Shown here piece after piece: positions 26,501 to 39,070 of a stretch of DNA of 64,000 nucleotides (its first letter is position 1; the number at the start of each line of letters is the position of its first letter). A model generated the notes under the pieces. It made no database searches. It had not been told where the DNA came from and worked only from the letters and a program-made list of their open reading frames with translations. The stretch is taken from the NCBI GenBank assembly GCA_044892525.1, contig CM097885.1:36334001-36398000 (forward strand), in the 5' to 3' direction. Both the position numbers and the translations under genes were made by a program. The DNA comes from Schmidtea polychroa. Lineage: Eukaryota.

Positions 26501-29500
26501 TATTCATATTACTTTGGCTAACCTTAGGCTTCCTGGTTTCTTTCGCTGGATCATTTGTCGATATCCACCACGTTATTCCGGTGTCTTGTGTATTTATTTT
26601 CATTAATTTCTGTATTTATTTTGTTAACTTCCTGAGCCGTTCTACATAAATTTTTAAAATTCATTTTCTACATATCCATTGATGTCTGTGATGTTCGCCT
26701 ATTTTGCAACGTTGTCCAGTCACTTTTAATTTAGTTCTTGTGCCTTTGACACGGGGATTTTCGATTTTCTTCTGCTCACCTTTATACTGTGATTGTTATT
26801 GATGGAGTATTCGCGATTGTCATTAGTTCAGTTCTCAAACAGTTTTTCTTTTCATTTGTCTTGCAGCCACGTTCGGTTCTTACTTTCATTCATTTACTTA
26901 ACGCTTTTATTTATTCTATGTTGATGACAAGTAGCTATCAGTATACCAATGATGTTTCGATGCCTTTCATTGTATTTACTTCCTAGTCTCCTTTCATAGA
27001 TTTTGTTGCCCCGCTCGGTTTCGCTCGATCTACAAAGCTCTTGGTATGTTTCTTTCTCCAGTACGGTGTTCACTCGGAAGAATGGGCGGGCACTATCCTT
27101 TTCACAATATTACTCATTCTGAATTAGCATTTGCAGAAGCATTCGTTTTGTTTGATATTCGGTGTTTTATTATTTGTTGTGCTTTGCTATATTTGAATGT
27201 TCGTTTAATTATCTTTTGCTGTTCCTATTTCCCATTTTACCACAATGTATTTTGACATCTTTGGATACTATTCCCGATTTACCGATGGATAAAGAAGGTA
27301 ATGTGATGTGGTCAGCACCAAAATCATTCCCTTTCAAACTCTAACGCTATATTCATGTCACTCAAACAACCCCATACCTGCCTTTCCAGACGCATTCAAT
27401 ACTTACACCGAGTTACAATAGACAATCATCCCATCTTCATTTTCTTATACATCACTCTATCCATCTACCAATTTACTACTTCGGAAAAATCTTTTGAAAA
27501 TTAATTATCACCAATTCAGAAATATTTATTACCAAACTATTAGCACAATTTTCGAATACAAATTTTAATTTATTTTATTAACCATTAATTCTAATTAGTC
27601 TTCCTATTTATTAATTAACAGTTTGTTAAATACTTACTCAAAACAAACGCATTCAATTTCAATCCAAAATGCATATACTAAGATGTACTAATCAGACGAA
27701 TTTAGTTATCCTGCGCAATGTCAAAACCAACGATTGGGATCCGCCAACTCTGAAACTCGATGACATAACCTAACACAACACCATAAAAGTACCTTAGGAA
27801 GCAACCTGATAACTCCCTGTGTTGGCACTATTCACCATTAACATTCGACAAATTATTGACACAAATATTATTAAGCACACAAACAACCAATCCTCAGTTA
27901 CACCCGAACCAAACCGTCATTCAATCATGCGATCATTCATAACAAATTTAGCAGAAAAGAATTTTATATTTCCTTTTATCAACATTAACCTAACTTACTT
28001 ATTCCATCATAACTAAAATTCCAATTTTTGAATTGATAAAAATCCAACCGAACCGAAATTCATTTTTATTCCATTCTTTTGATCCTATAGTCAGTGATAC
28101 ACGCATACATTATCCTTTTGATACGCACATTTTTGAATATTTTAACCAAGAACCTCCTCATCTACCCCTAAATCCAGAATATCAGAAAACATACTGACTA
28201 TCCACGCATTGATGGATTTGATTAGGGAAAAATTCAAATGGATATTCATTGATGGTTTTCATGTAAGATTTGATAGTCGCTCAAAGTTTTATTCGACATC
28301 GACAAAAACAACGAAACGAACCGAGAGAAATTACAATGAATCGAAGAACTAATCAAATTTCCAGCATCATTTTCAAAAGTAAATATTCGAATCATTATTC
28401 CAATTGATAGACATGTTAACATCAATAAAAACAAATTCCATTTTCGTTTTGTAAATCTCATAAAATTTCAATTTCATCTGAACACTACAGCAATCATCCA
28501 AATGCAAAATACGACGACCGCTCTGCGATTCATAAATAATCAATCAATGAAATTTGTTGAGAAAGCCGCTGAAGTAGCAAGCCTGTTCCGGTTGTGTTGC
28601 TGTTCACATAACACTAGCCGACAGTTCTTTGATCGACACATCAAACGGACCGCCTACTTGATTGACAGATAAATTGGCGCCGCTCTTGAGTGGTCTCTCA
28701 ATCAAACCGAAAATCTGCTCATTGACTCTATGAGAAAATTTACAAATTGGACTTGTTGTGACAAATTGTGACAGGTCATGTCACACAAATTCGCACACTT
28801 ACACACATTATGTCACCGCTGATGCGAAAACGTGTTGCTCAACAATTTATTTGATTGAATTTTTAATATATGACATTGTTTAATTTTTAGAAACATCTGA
28901 CAACGCCACCAGCCACGCAGCAACAGCCGAACGCATTTTCATCAAGTGAGTTGAATAATGTCACAGAAAATGATAATGATACAAAATCAACAGCTGTATC
29001 TGGATAATTTAAAATGCGAGTGAACATGAAATAAATTTAATAAAGTTAAATTATGAATTTCTTGTTTTATTCACACTTAATCGATAAAATTTGCACAAAT
29101 TTTGAATTGAAAACTAATAGATTTCTGTCATTAATGCTTCAAATACCACAAGGACAATTTTCATATGCTCATTAGACAACCAAAGAGAAAACCTTCTACA
29201 AAAATGAAAGAAAAAAAAATACACCAGTAGAGTTACTCTCTACTTTCTATGTTTGTTGGTGGAATTATTATAATGCGCATATTTCCGAATTCTACTATTT
29301 GTACGTTATTGTTGAATTTTTTGGATTATGACATTATCTGTGTGGTCAATTCAATAACCATCATGCTCGCTCAGTGATACGTATTATTTTCTCTCGGCTT
29401 CTCATATCTCTCTCTGGCTAACTAAGAATTATTCGTCCTCATTCTCATCATTCGGACACTCGTATTTTTCCTAATGGAGTAAAATCGTTATGCCTTCGGC

Positions 29501-30014
29501 AGAACAGAAAAATTTCCAAGTCTCACATCAATATTTGGACTTAGGCGGTCTCCCTATGAGCACCCTCACTGAACTGCTGATCGAACTATGAAATAGTATC
29601 TGGACTATCGGGTACAAGGGCGGAATTCCTCTTTACCCTGGACCAGCATACCACTCAGGCGAGGTAATAAATCTTAATAAATATAAATTGTTAAGGTGTA
29701 ATACAATAAATGATTTCTATTTCATGTCTTCCTACTTTAAATAAAAATTTGTTAATTTAATTTAATAAACTCGGTAGGAGAAAGAAAATAATTTACTCAA
29801 AAACATTTAATGATACATTACAAATATAGCTATATTAAATCATAGATAATTAACACATATGTACAGCAAAAATTAAAATTAATGATTTCCCACTAATAAG
29901 CTTTAGAGTAGTTTGGCTGGCTACTAAAATGTTATGATTGATACTGATACTAAATTCGAATTCCGTGAATCGATTTATCAAAATAAATTCTTGAACAATG
30001 TTTGAAATAGAGAA

Positions 30015-30032
30015 ATCCCGGCTGAGCCCCCA
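30015..30032 (-). promoter_or_regulatory. Primer-binding site, tRNA-Pro type
   Basis: Minus strand reads TGGGGGCTCAGCCGGGAT, a 16/18 match to the classical tRNA-Pro PBS TGGGGGCTCGTCCGGGAT, located 7 nt inside the 5' LTR end. Confidence 0.85.
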
Positions 30033-30039
30033 AAAATCA

Positions 30040-31701
30040 TGTTGGTTACTTAGGGGTGTGTCCTTTTTACAATTTAAAATACGTTAGGGGTAATCATAAT
30101 CGTTCGACTCTTTCCTAAGCACCTCCATGACTATTGCAATTTAAACCATTTGTGTACCCATGGCGACGACCATGTTGGTACTGTACACAAAGGTGAAAAA
30201 ACAATGAGCAGGTGAGCTCTATTACTAAAACTACTCCCCATTGGATTTTCTTTTCGGGTTCTAGACTGCCGATAGAAGGTCTTACGTCCTTATTCACTAT
30301 ATATGCTATTTTTGGATCGATGTTGGTCCTCAATTACGGGTATTTTTAATTGTTCTCTTATAAAATTTTGTGCAGGGATCCGTCCTTATTTCCCAGCTAG
30401 TAATTATTGGTCTACACTTCCTACAATATTTAAATTATCCTTTGAAAAATTTGCGCAGGGATTGGCCCTTATTTTCAAGTTAATCCACACTTGCCATAAT
30501 ATTTAAATTGTTCTTCAAAGATTTTGAGCAGGGATCTGCCTGTGTTTCTAATCCTGAGCTGTCGGAAAAATTACATAAATCTAACTTTATCCATCTTCAA
30601 CTGGTCTCAACTATTCCATCTTTACTCCTAACTCACTTATGTCTATAAAACATAAAGGCGACTAAGCCACCTACATCATCTAAATCTAAATAAAATCCTA
30701 AACGACCTAAAATGACATTACACTCCCAAATCATTCCTATCACTATCACTGTCCTCTAACTCGATGGACTCAACCGGCGAAATATCTGCCGACCAACAGC
30801 ACGTAGTGCCGCCCGTCCACAAACTTTTCCCCAGCCCAGACCATCGACGCAATCAACAAATAATATAATTGAATTCAATAAAAACTATGATTTAGAATAA
30901 ATGAATTTAAACCATTAAAAAGGATCACTAAAGAAAATTTAACCGAAACATTAATAGCATATAAAATTTATTAATTAAAATACTCCATAAAAATTACAGA
31001 AAACAATAACAAATAAATTACCACATCCACGTTGGCATAAAATCGAAACTGAGAGTTCTGCAAATTAAGTGGCTATGTTGGAAAAAGTGAGAGAGTGTGT
31101 TTTTCAATTGAATTTGTGATCAGTATTTATACTGATTTTGAATGCGTACTCTATCCAATCAGAGTGCGAGAATTATTGAATTGATTTTGCACACATGCAT
31201 GAATGTGTGTAATTATTTATTTGTTTTAATTTCATAAATTTAATTAATTTCTTATTTAATTTTTATTAATTTTAATTTTACAAATTTTATAATTTAACTA
31301 ATTTGAGTTATATTAATTTTTATGAATTTAAACATTTTTATTCTTTAAATTTAATAAGTTAAATAACCATTTAATTCTATAAACTTTACAATATACATAA
31401 TGCTAATTAATTTTATTATTTTTGACGATTTAATTTTTATATTGTTTAAATAATTTTCAACTAATTCCATTTTCTATTTTATTATTTTTCTATTTAAATT
31501 TTTAAGTGTTGAATTTTCTGTTAAATTTATTTATCTCTTTATTCTATTATACGGGGTTTATTGATTCTTAATGTGTAATGTAGTTTATTTTATTTATTTT
31601 AAATTAAACCTTGGTCATAAATTTTTTCAACTTTGCGGTTTTTGTGTTAGGTATTTTCGATCGATTAAAACAAACTCTCAGTTCTCGTTTTCAGCCCAAC
31701 A
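30040..31701 (-). repeat. 5' LTR of the Gag-only element (1662 bp)
   Basis: Adjacent to the PBS, TG..CA ends, near-identical to 17084-18745. Confidence 0.95.
31119..31160 (-). promoter_or_regulatory. Candidate LTR promoter: TATAAATA box with nearby CCAAT element
   Basis: Minus-strand TATAAATA at 31124-31131 and CCAAT about 25 nt upstream. Both are retained in the diverged LTR at ~47720-47775. Confidence 0.5.
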
Positions 31702-34322
31702 CTATATAGTTTTTTTTTTCAAAAAAAAAGGATAAAAAACCTTCTCCACGTGCAACGTGCAGAATTGTTGTTTACATGTAATTAAAAAAACCAACAAATA
31801 AAACAAAATAAAATATAACAATACATTACAGTTGGCACCAAAGATGACAAATATTGGTTAGAAAAAACCATCCTGGTGTTAGAAGACGGAAGAACATTAA
31901 AAATTTTGAAACTTAAATATTACATAATAGGAACAAATGAATACAGAATAAATATACTTGTGAACAATAATCACTAAAATTTATGTGATGAATGATATAA
32001 CATTATTATATCGTGATAATAACTAATATTGTGATTATTAACAATTTGAATGTGAAACTGGAATTATATATTTTGTTTTATTGATTTATTGTTATAAACG
32101 TTATATTTTAATAGAAAGTAATATTGCTGTTGTTGTGATTGTTATGACTAATCTGATCATTATGATCTTTAGGGTCTAAAACAGTGTTTCCCAAAAAATG
32201 TTGGTACTGCGTATAACTTTGATCGTTTTCATTATATAATGTACCCCTTTGCTTAAAAATTTTATATAATGATTAATTTTTTTTATAATATCTTTTTTCA
32301 AATATACGACCTTTAAATTAATAGCATTAATGAAAAATTAAATACTTTTATAACTGAAATATTGTAAAATAAAAAATACTATATTTAATTTATTGTAATT
32401 AATGAGAAGGATGAAATTGCTTATGCTGAGATAATAATAATAAATCTAAAAACATATTTTTTCTGGTTAATATCTAAAATTAAAGTTGAAAAGGAATTAT
32501 TATGAAACAGTTGGTTTAAATTTAAATAAAGATTAAATTTATAAAATAATTCTAAAAATAAATTTAAAACCAAGCGATTTACATTTTAATTACATTTATA
32601 AAAAAAAGATTTAATTTATGCTTTGATTTTTAAACTTCGTTTATATTAAAAAATATATTATTGATTCGAAAATATAATCAATAAATAAAAAACAAGATTA
32701 TATTTATATTTTTCTGTATTAATAAAATTTTAATAAGACATTTTAATCTAATTAAATTTTTTTATTTATCTTTTAATATTTAGATAATCATATATAAATC
32801 CAACAATTGGCGCCAGTACTAAGTGCACTATGTTTACTTTAAAAAGAAAATTTAATGTTTTTAATTTATTTAAAATTTTTAGTTTAAAAATAAATTTTTT
32901 TAAATTTTATATCTGATAATACTGCCATTCAAATAATTAGAAATATAACGGGAAATTCAGAATTAATCTTTCAACCAAACGTGAATTAATAATATGATAA
33001 TAAAAGTACAATTTTATAAATGCTGTAAAACAAATTGCAATGAGACTTATAGATATGACAAATTAGAAAAAACTAAGAATTTCAGCTAAAAACAACCCCC
33101 CTTATTAATGATAAATTTCAAAATTATAATTGATTATTTATCATAAAGATACTAATCGAATGCAATGAAAATTATTTTAACATTGTTCAAATCAAAATAT
33201 AGTTTGAATCTTTTATTGAATTATTAGGGATAGTTATTGCTTAATTGTTTTAGATCAATGACAAACAAAATACATTAAAGATGCTGGCTGGATAAAGGGA
33301 TAATTCCAAAAATAGTAACAATTAAAATCTGCACTTTTAAAACAGAAATTCTATTGACTTCAACAGAAGAGTGTATTGACATTTGAAATGGAGTGTCAAC
33401 AGGGATTTTATATATAAGTCGACTGATTTCTCAGTCAAACCACCCAAAAATAAAAGCTTCTAAGAAGAATTGCAAATTCAGAAATTGATATTGCAATATA
33501 ATTTAGAGCACACCTATTTATACATCGGAGCTCAGGTGATTGTTAATATTATATAAGTTGTAATTGTGATAACCAAATAAAATTTATTGAACCAGTGTTT
33601 GTGTTCTTATTTTTATAGGAACCATCAAGTTGAGAATATTCTACATAATTAAGCAGTTAAGAATCTAAGTTGCAGACACCTTAATAAATAATAAGTTGGT
33701 GTCTTTTGTTGACACCTTGGTCTAGGGGAAATCCTCGAACCCAACATCACTTGTGAGTCTAGAACCATCGAATATCGATTCTGGATTGGGAACCCAACAT
33801 TACCAATTATCGAAAGAATAGTAAAACTTTCAACATTTATTTGGATAGGGTATATCCAAAGGTTTAGCGCGTAATAAAGTGTTTATTTACATTAATGCTT
33901 GTCACAAATATGCAGTCAATTGAAAACTATAACTATAAACAATGAAAAATAAGTCTATATGATGCGTTTCTATCTAGACGTTCAATAATTAGAGATCACA
34001 TTTTACAGACGATCACTTGCTTACGTTTGTTGGGTTTTAAAATAAGTTGGAATGTGCAAATCAATAAAAAAATCAAAATGACATATTCCGAGTTGGAAAT
34101 TTGCATGTACGGATAGCGAGCGCTAAGTCGTTGATTTTGAAGAGTGTAATCGATAACTTTGTATCAACATTTGTTAATATTTAATAAAGTGTTTTGTGTT
34201 GAAATAAAGAGCACGAGAAATCAGAATCAGTATCGACTTTAACAGTAATAATCCAACATTTCCAACGTTGCTTAGCGTCGAATAGTCAACAGTAACACCC
34301 AATCTGTATTTAAAGACCAAAA

Positions 34323-37300
34323 TTAATCTAAATCGTTTGGTGATGTAATTTTCTTCCAATTACTCAAAAAGGTTTCCGAAAGTTTCGACACGATGTTCAC
34401 CTCGATTACCAGATCTGGCCTCAAGCGGAATCTAGAAACGAGATTTAAATTAGAAAAAAGGTGCAAATTAATTACTGTTTCATTTTAATTAAATCTCGAA
34501 TGGGCGACCTCAAGTTAAACCTCACCATTTCTTCATAGGCATTTTCATAGAAGGCCTGGAAATGAATGGAGTCGTTAATATTTTATTTATTGAAAGGAAA
34601 TGAACTTCTAGAGCCAAATGTAGATCTGGAGTGAATAATATATAATGGCCATTGGAATCCCAATCGACAGATTTCTCACGGGGAGAAAATATGGATGACA
34701 TGCAATCATAAATCCTGTAATGATAATGTGAATTTTTATTTATTGTAATTATTCATGGTTTAAAAAATGCTATTTGAGAAATAAGACAAATCAATAAATT
34801 TCAAAAATCGATAAATTAAAAAGAACAATGAAATTAATATAAATCAATAACTAGATGAGAAATAGAGAAGCAATAATTAATTTTATATAATCAATAATTA
34901 GTTGTAATTTCGAAACTCAATAAAATTAAAAAAATCTATAAATTAAAATGATAATGGGGAAATCAATTTAAAAAATCAATAACTAATTGAGAAATAGACT
35001 TTCAAAAAATGGCAATTAAAATAACTAATTGAGATAATTTAAATTAAAAAATCAATAATTAGATGAGAAATAGAAAAGCAATAATTAATTAGGGAATAAC
35101 AGAGAAATCGATAAATTTTAATAATCAATAAATAATTGTAAAATCAATATTGAAAATCAATTGAAATAATTGAAAATCAATAAAATTAAAAAAATCTATA
35201 AATTAAAATGATAACGGGGAAATCAATTAAAAAAAGCAATAACTATTTTAGAAATAGGCTTTCGAAAAAAATGGCAATTAAAATAACTAATTGACATAAT
35301 AATTTAAATTAAAAAACCAATAAATAGATGAGAAATAGAATATTAATTAATTTTAAAAATCGGTAAAGAACAATGAATAAATAATTAATTAGGAAATAAA
35401 AGAAAATCGATAAATTTCAATAATTGTAAAAACGATAATCAATAAAATTTTAAAATCTATAAATTAAAGATGATATGCAATCATTTTAAAACCTATTGAT
35501 GGTAAAAAAATTCTATTTCAGAAATAAGAGAACTCAATAAATTTAGTAAATCGATAACCAGGTGAGAAATCAAGAAAAATCTATTATCAATTAGGAAATA
35601 ACTGAGAAATCGAAAAATTATTATAATCAATAATTAGTTGTGAAATCGAAAATAAATAAAATTAAAAAATCTATAAATTAAACTGATAACGGTGAAATCA
35701 ATTAAAAAATCGATAACTAGCTGATAAATAGAAAAAACGGTAAATTAAAATAACTTATTGAGAAATAATAGGAAAATTAATAAATATAAAAAATCGATAA
35801 ATTAAATGTGACAGTAAAATTAATTAATCAGTTAATTAAAGCAATCCAAATCGATAATCTGGTTATTGATCTTCCTAAAGTTTTATTATTGATTTAATGG
35901 CAATCACTCGTGTAGAAATATAATGAAGAAAAGAAAGAAACATACGATGCGGTTTCAACGACATCTTGAAGGAAATCTGTCTGTCCATGTTCAGGGTATA
36001 AAATCAGAACATTAAAATGTATAAGATTATCTTTGTCAATGAATGCTTGAGATGTATGCTGCATAGGAATTTCAACAGATATCATTTTTCCATCAACAAC
36101 AACACCACGCTTCATCAATGTGTCCTCAATGACCATTGTTACTCGTGATTTCAACTGCATCTTTTCACACTTCATTTTTTCCATCTAAATCATTTATTTA
36201 CGTCGTTCATTGGATTTATGAATCAAACCTTTCTTTCTGTGAATTTCTCTTGTAATGAAATCAAATCTTTGTTATCGGGGCAAATCTAAATGGCAAATTT
36301 TCATGGGAGAGTTGGAAATTATGCTTTACACACAGAACATTATTGTTATATTATAAATGACATTTGTTCAATGTAAATATCTCGATTAGTAGAAATAGTC
36401 TCATAATAATTGGCATTTTCTTCAATAAAGATTTGATATCAATTATTCTGGTATTTTAAATTAACAGTTATTGAAAGGGACACTCCATATTCTTTAATAT
36501 TAAAAAATTTGAGATAAGCTCAAAAAAAGAAATTCTACGCACTCCTATTATCAAGTGATTTTGATTTGGGAAATATCTCCAAAATATTTTATCGATTCAT
36601 GTGCGCACTGAGAGGGGAGAGATTTTGCCTGCCTCTAAGTAGAATGAATCTTTCACTGAATGCTCAGAAGTAAAACTGTCAATAATACAAGACAAATAAT
36701 GTTTCCCAGGTAATTATCAAATTGAAGTGATAATAATACAGCCATCAGAGGTTCTAACAAAATCTATTGACAAAAATCAGGATGAAGGGTTGTTCGCAAT
36801 TTGTTATAATAGATTCAAATAGAATTTTCGAGATTACTGTAACGAATTGTAATGAATTCACTTGAAATAGGCAGTACCAAAAATACGTGAATATCAAAAA
36901 ACATCGATATATTACTGATTCATATTCGTCAAGCTCTTTTTAATAAATTCATTCCTTAACATTAACAACATTTTCTAAATATTTCGAAGTATTTGAGTTG
37001 AACTAAATATTTTTTGAGAAATTCTCTTTTCTTCGCGTTGACCTATATATATTTTTTGACTTGACATACATATTTTTTCTAAATATTTCCAAGAACTGAA
37101 CTACATAAATTTCTTTGTCTTCGCGTTGACTTACATATTTTTTCAAAAAATTTTGAGTTGACCTACATTAGTGGATATTTTAACAAATTCTGACCTACAT
37201 TTTGTAGGTTCTTAGTTGACCTACATATTTTTTTTCAAATACTTCTAAGCATTTAAACTGAACTACATAAATTTCTGTCTTCGCGTTGACTTACATATTT

Positions 37301-39070
37301 TTTCAAAAAATTTTGAGTTGACCTACATTAGTGGATATTTTAACAAATTCTGACCTACATTTTGTAGGTTCTTAGTTGACCTACATATTTTTTTTTCAAA
37401 TATTTCTACGCATTTGACCTGGACTACAAAAATTCCTTTGTCTTTAAATTAACCTGCATATTTCTAAAGAAATTTTAAAAATTTTATAGTTTTTGCGTTG
37501 ACCAAAAATATATAGTCTGTTTAGGTATCATACAAATCGGGAACGAACTGAAATATTTACAACCAATACGATTAATGATGGATAATGGTACAAGAAAGCA
37601 GAGTGATTATTGCACCATTTTACGAGAATTATTTGATTGCTGATTATGCATTCACCGTAAACAATTATCCTTGTTTTGTAAGAAACTATGGATTATATGT
37701 TAAAGAACTGTAAAGAGAACCGGGAGTGGAATGTGATGTTGTTCATAGAAATTCAATATAATCGGGATTCATAATAGTCAGATTGAATGTTTATTATCTA
37801 TTATGAAAAGACTGAAATATATTAATATGACAACCTCCCATCTGGTTTCCAAGACGACAGTACCATTAAAACGTCCTAATTGTAAACAATTACATTTTAT
37901 ATTAAATTTGAGTGCAAAAGCGAAAGGTTAACGATTTTGCTTATTGGATTTTAGCATATTGACTGCATTGTAGTATTTTATGAATTCAAATGTTGGCAAT
38001 GCCTTTATAAAGCACCCAATAATTCACGAATTATAGATGTTCATTGTCGCAAAAACTATAATTACGTACCGAACAACTAATTGAGTAGAAGCGCTTTCGA
38101 TAATCAATGTTTATAATTGGCAATTAACATAAAAAATACTAATCAAAACTTTAGTCTAATAAGTCATTTATAAAATTTCGCTGACAATTTGTCAGCAATA
38201 TAATATAAATGATAAAGATTGATAAAAAACAGGCTCATTATATTATGATAATCAATATTTGAAGTTATTATTCTCAATAGAAATATATATTCTATAACTA
38301 TTTTCTATGATAGATCATAGAATTTATTTATTGTGGAAATTGAAATTTTACAATATAATACATGTTATTTTAAATTATCAACTTTATTAAATAATATCTT
38401 ACTTTGAGACCTTTTTCGCAGTATTCCAAAACTTCGTCGCATTTATCAATTTTAGCGGCAGCGTGTGCAGCTAAAAAATAATTCAGATTTTGTATTTAGC
38501 AATTTTATACCTCTCCAGTATGCTTTAATATAAATAGGATTCATTTTGATAGCTGATATGCAATCCTTGATACATTTTCGAAAGTTTTCTATTATTTACG
38601 TAAAAATAAAAGAAAAACAATTAATGTTAACCTTGATGAAAATGACATGCTGCTCTGTTAGTATATAATATGCTATTTAATTCATTATCGTCTGCATTTA
38701 ATTTTAGACCTTTTGTATAATTAACAATAGCTAATGTGTAAACTTTTCTATTATAATAATGATTTCCTTCATTTTTATAGTTCATTGCATTTGCTAAAAA
38801 ATATTAATTAACTTGTTATAATTTGTATTTTTAGAACTTTCTGAACAATCAGATTCATATTTTAACGCTTGCATTGCTTGTATATCTGAAGAAAGTTCGC
38901 CAGGGTTATCATCAAGGTTTGTTGCAAAAGCGGGATGATCATTTATCTCCTTGAATGAAATCATAAATTGAAATTTAAAAAATCTAATATACTTTCCAAA
39001 ATTTATCGTCTGCTTTAAATCTATTTTTATCATCCCAATCATCAGTTATTTGATCAATTAAATCATCCAT
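34323..39070 (-). CDS. TTC4: Tetratricopeptide repeat protein 4 / Cns1-like Hsp70-Hsp90 co-chaperone, about 10 exons
   Basis: Hand-spliced: EINDHPAF...IQAMQALKYE...AMNYKNEGN.YY...AIVNYTKGL...ILYTNRAACHFHQENFRKCIKDC..AIKMNP.YIKAYWRAAHA (TPRs), then LIHFNVLILYPEHGQTDFLQD and VDWDSNGHY, ending PNDLD*. All introns are GT..AG: mostly 40-50 nt, plus two of ~2.1 and ~1.2 kb. Confidence 0.9.
34800..35830. repeat. Degenerate AT-rich tandem repeat (~200-270-bp unit) in a TTC4-like intron
   Basis: Motif AATAAAATTAAAAAAATCTATAAATTAAA recurs near 34920, 35180, 35440 and 35655. Confidence 0.7.
37020..37505. repeat. Intronic tandem repeat built on TTGACCTACAT, with a ~160-bp duplication
   Basis: 37098-37259 is repeated almost exactly from 37260; many GTTGACCTACAT/GTTGACTTACAT cores. 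Confidence 0.8.

Larger units (their letters stand above)
17084..31701 (-). mobile_element. 14.6-kb non-autonomous (Gag-only) Ty3/gypsy-type LTR retroelement, recent insertion
   Basis: Two 1662-bp direct repeats with TGTTGG..CCAACA termini, 4-bp TSD CTAT (17080-17083 and 31702-31705), tRNA-Pro-type PBS and a minus-strand gag ORF. No protease, RT, RNase H or integrase motifs seen. Confidence 0.93.

Noticed and set aside
19895..27344. Many plus-strand hydrophobic ORFs (F/L/I/S-rich) that look like membrane proteins or an env gene
   Set aside because: They are shadows of the T-rich strand (antisense to gag and the leader), with no recognisable motifs and mostly non-ATG starts.
30015..30032. tRNA-Pro gene
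   Set aside because: Only the 18-nt 3' end including CCA is present next to an LTR, so it is a PBS and not a tRNA gene.
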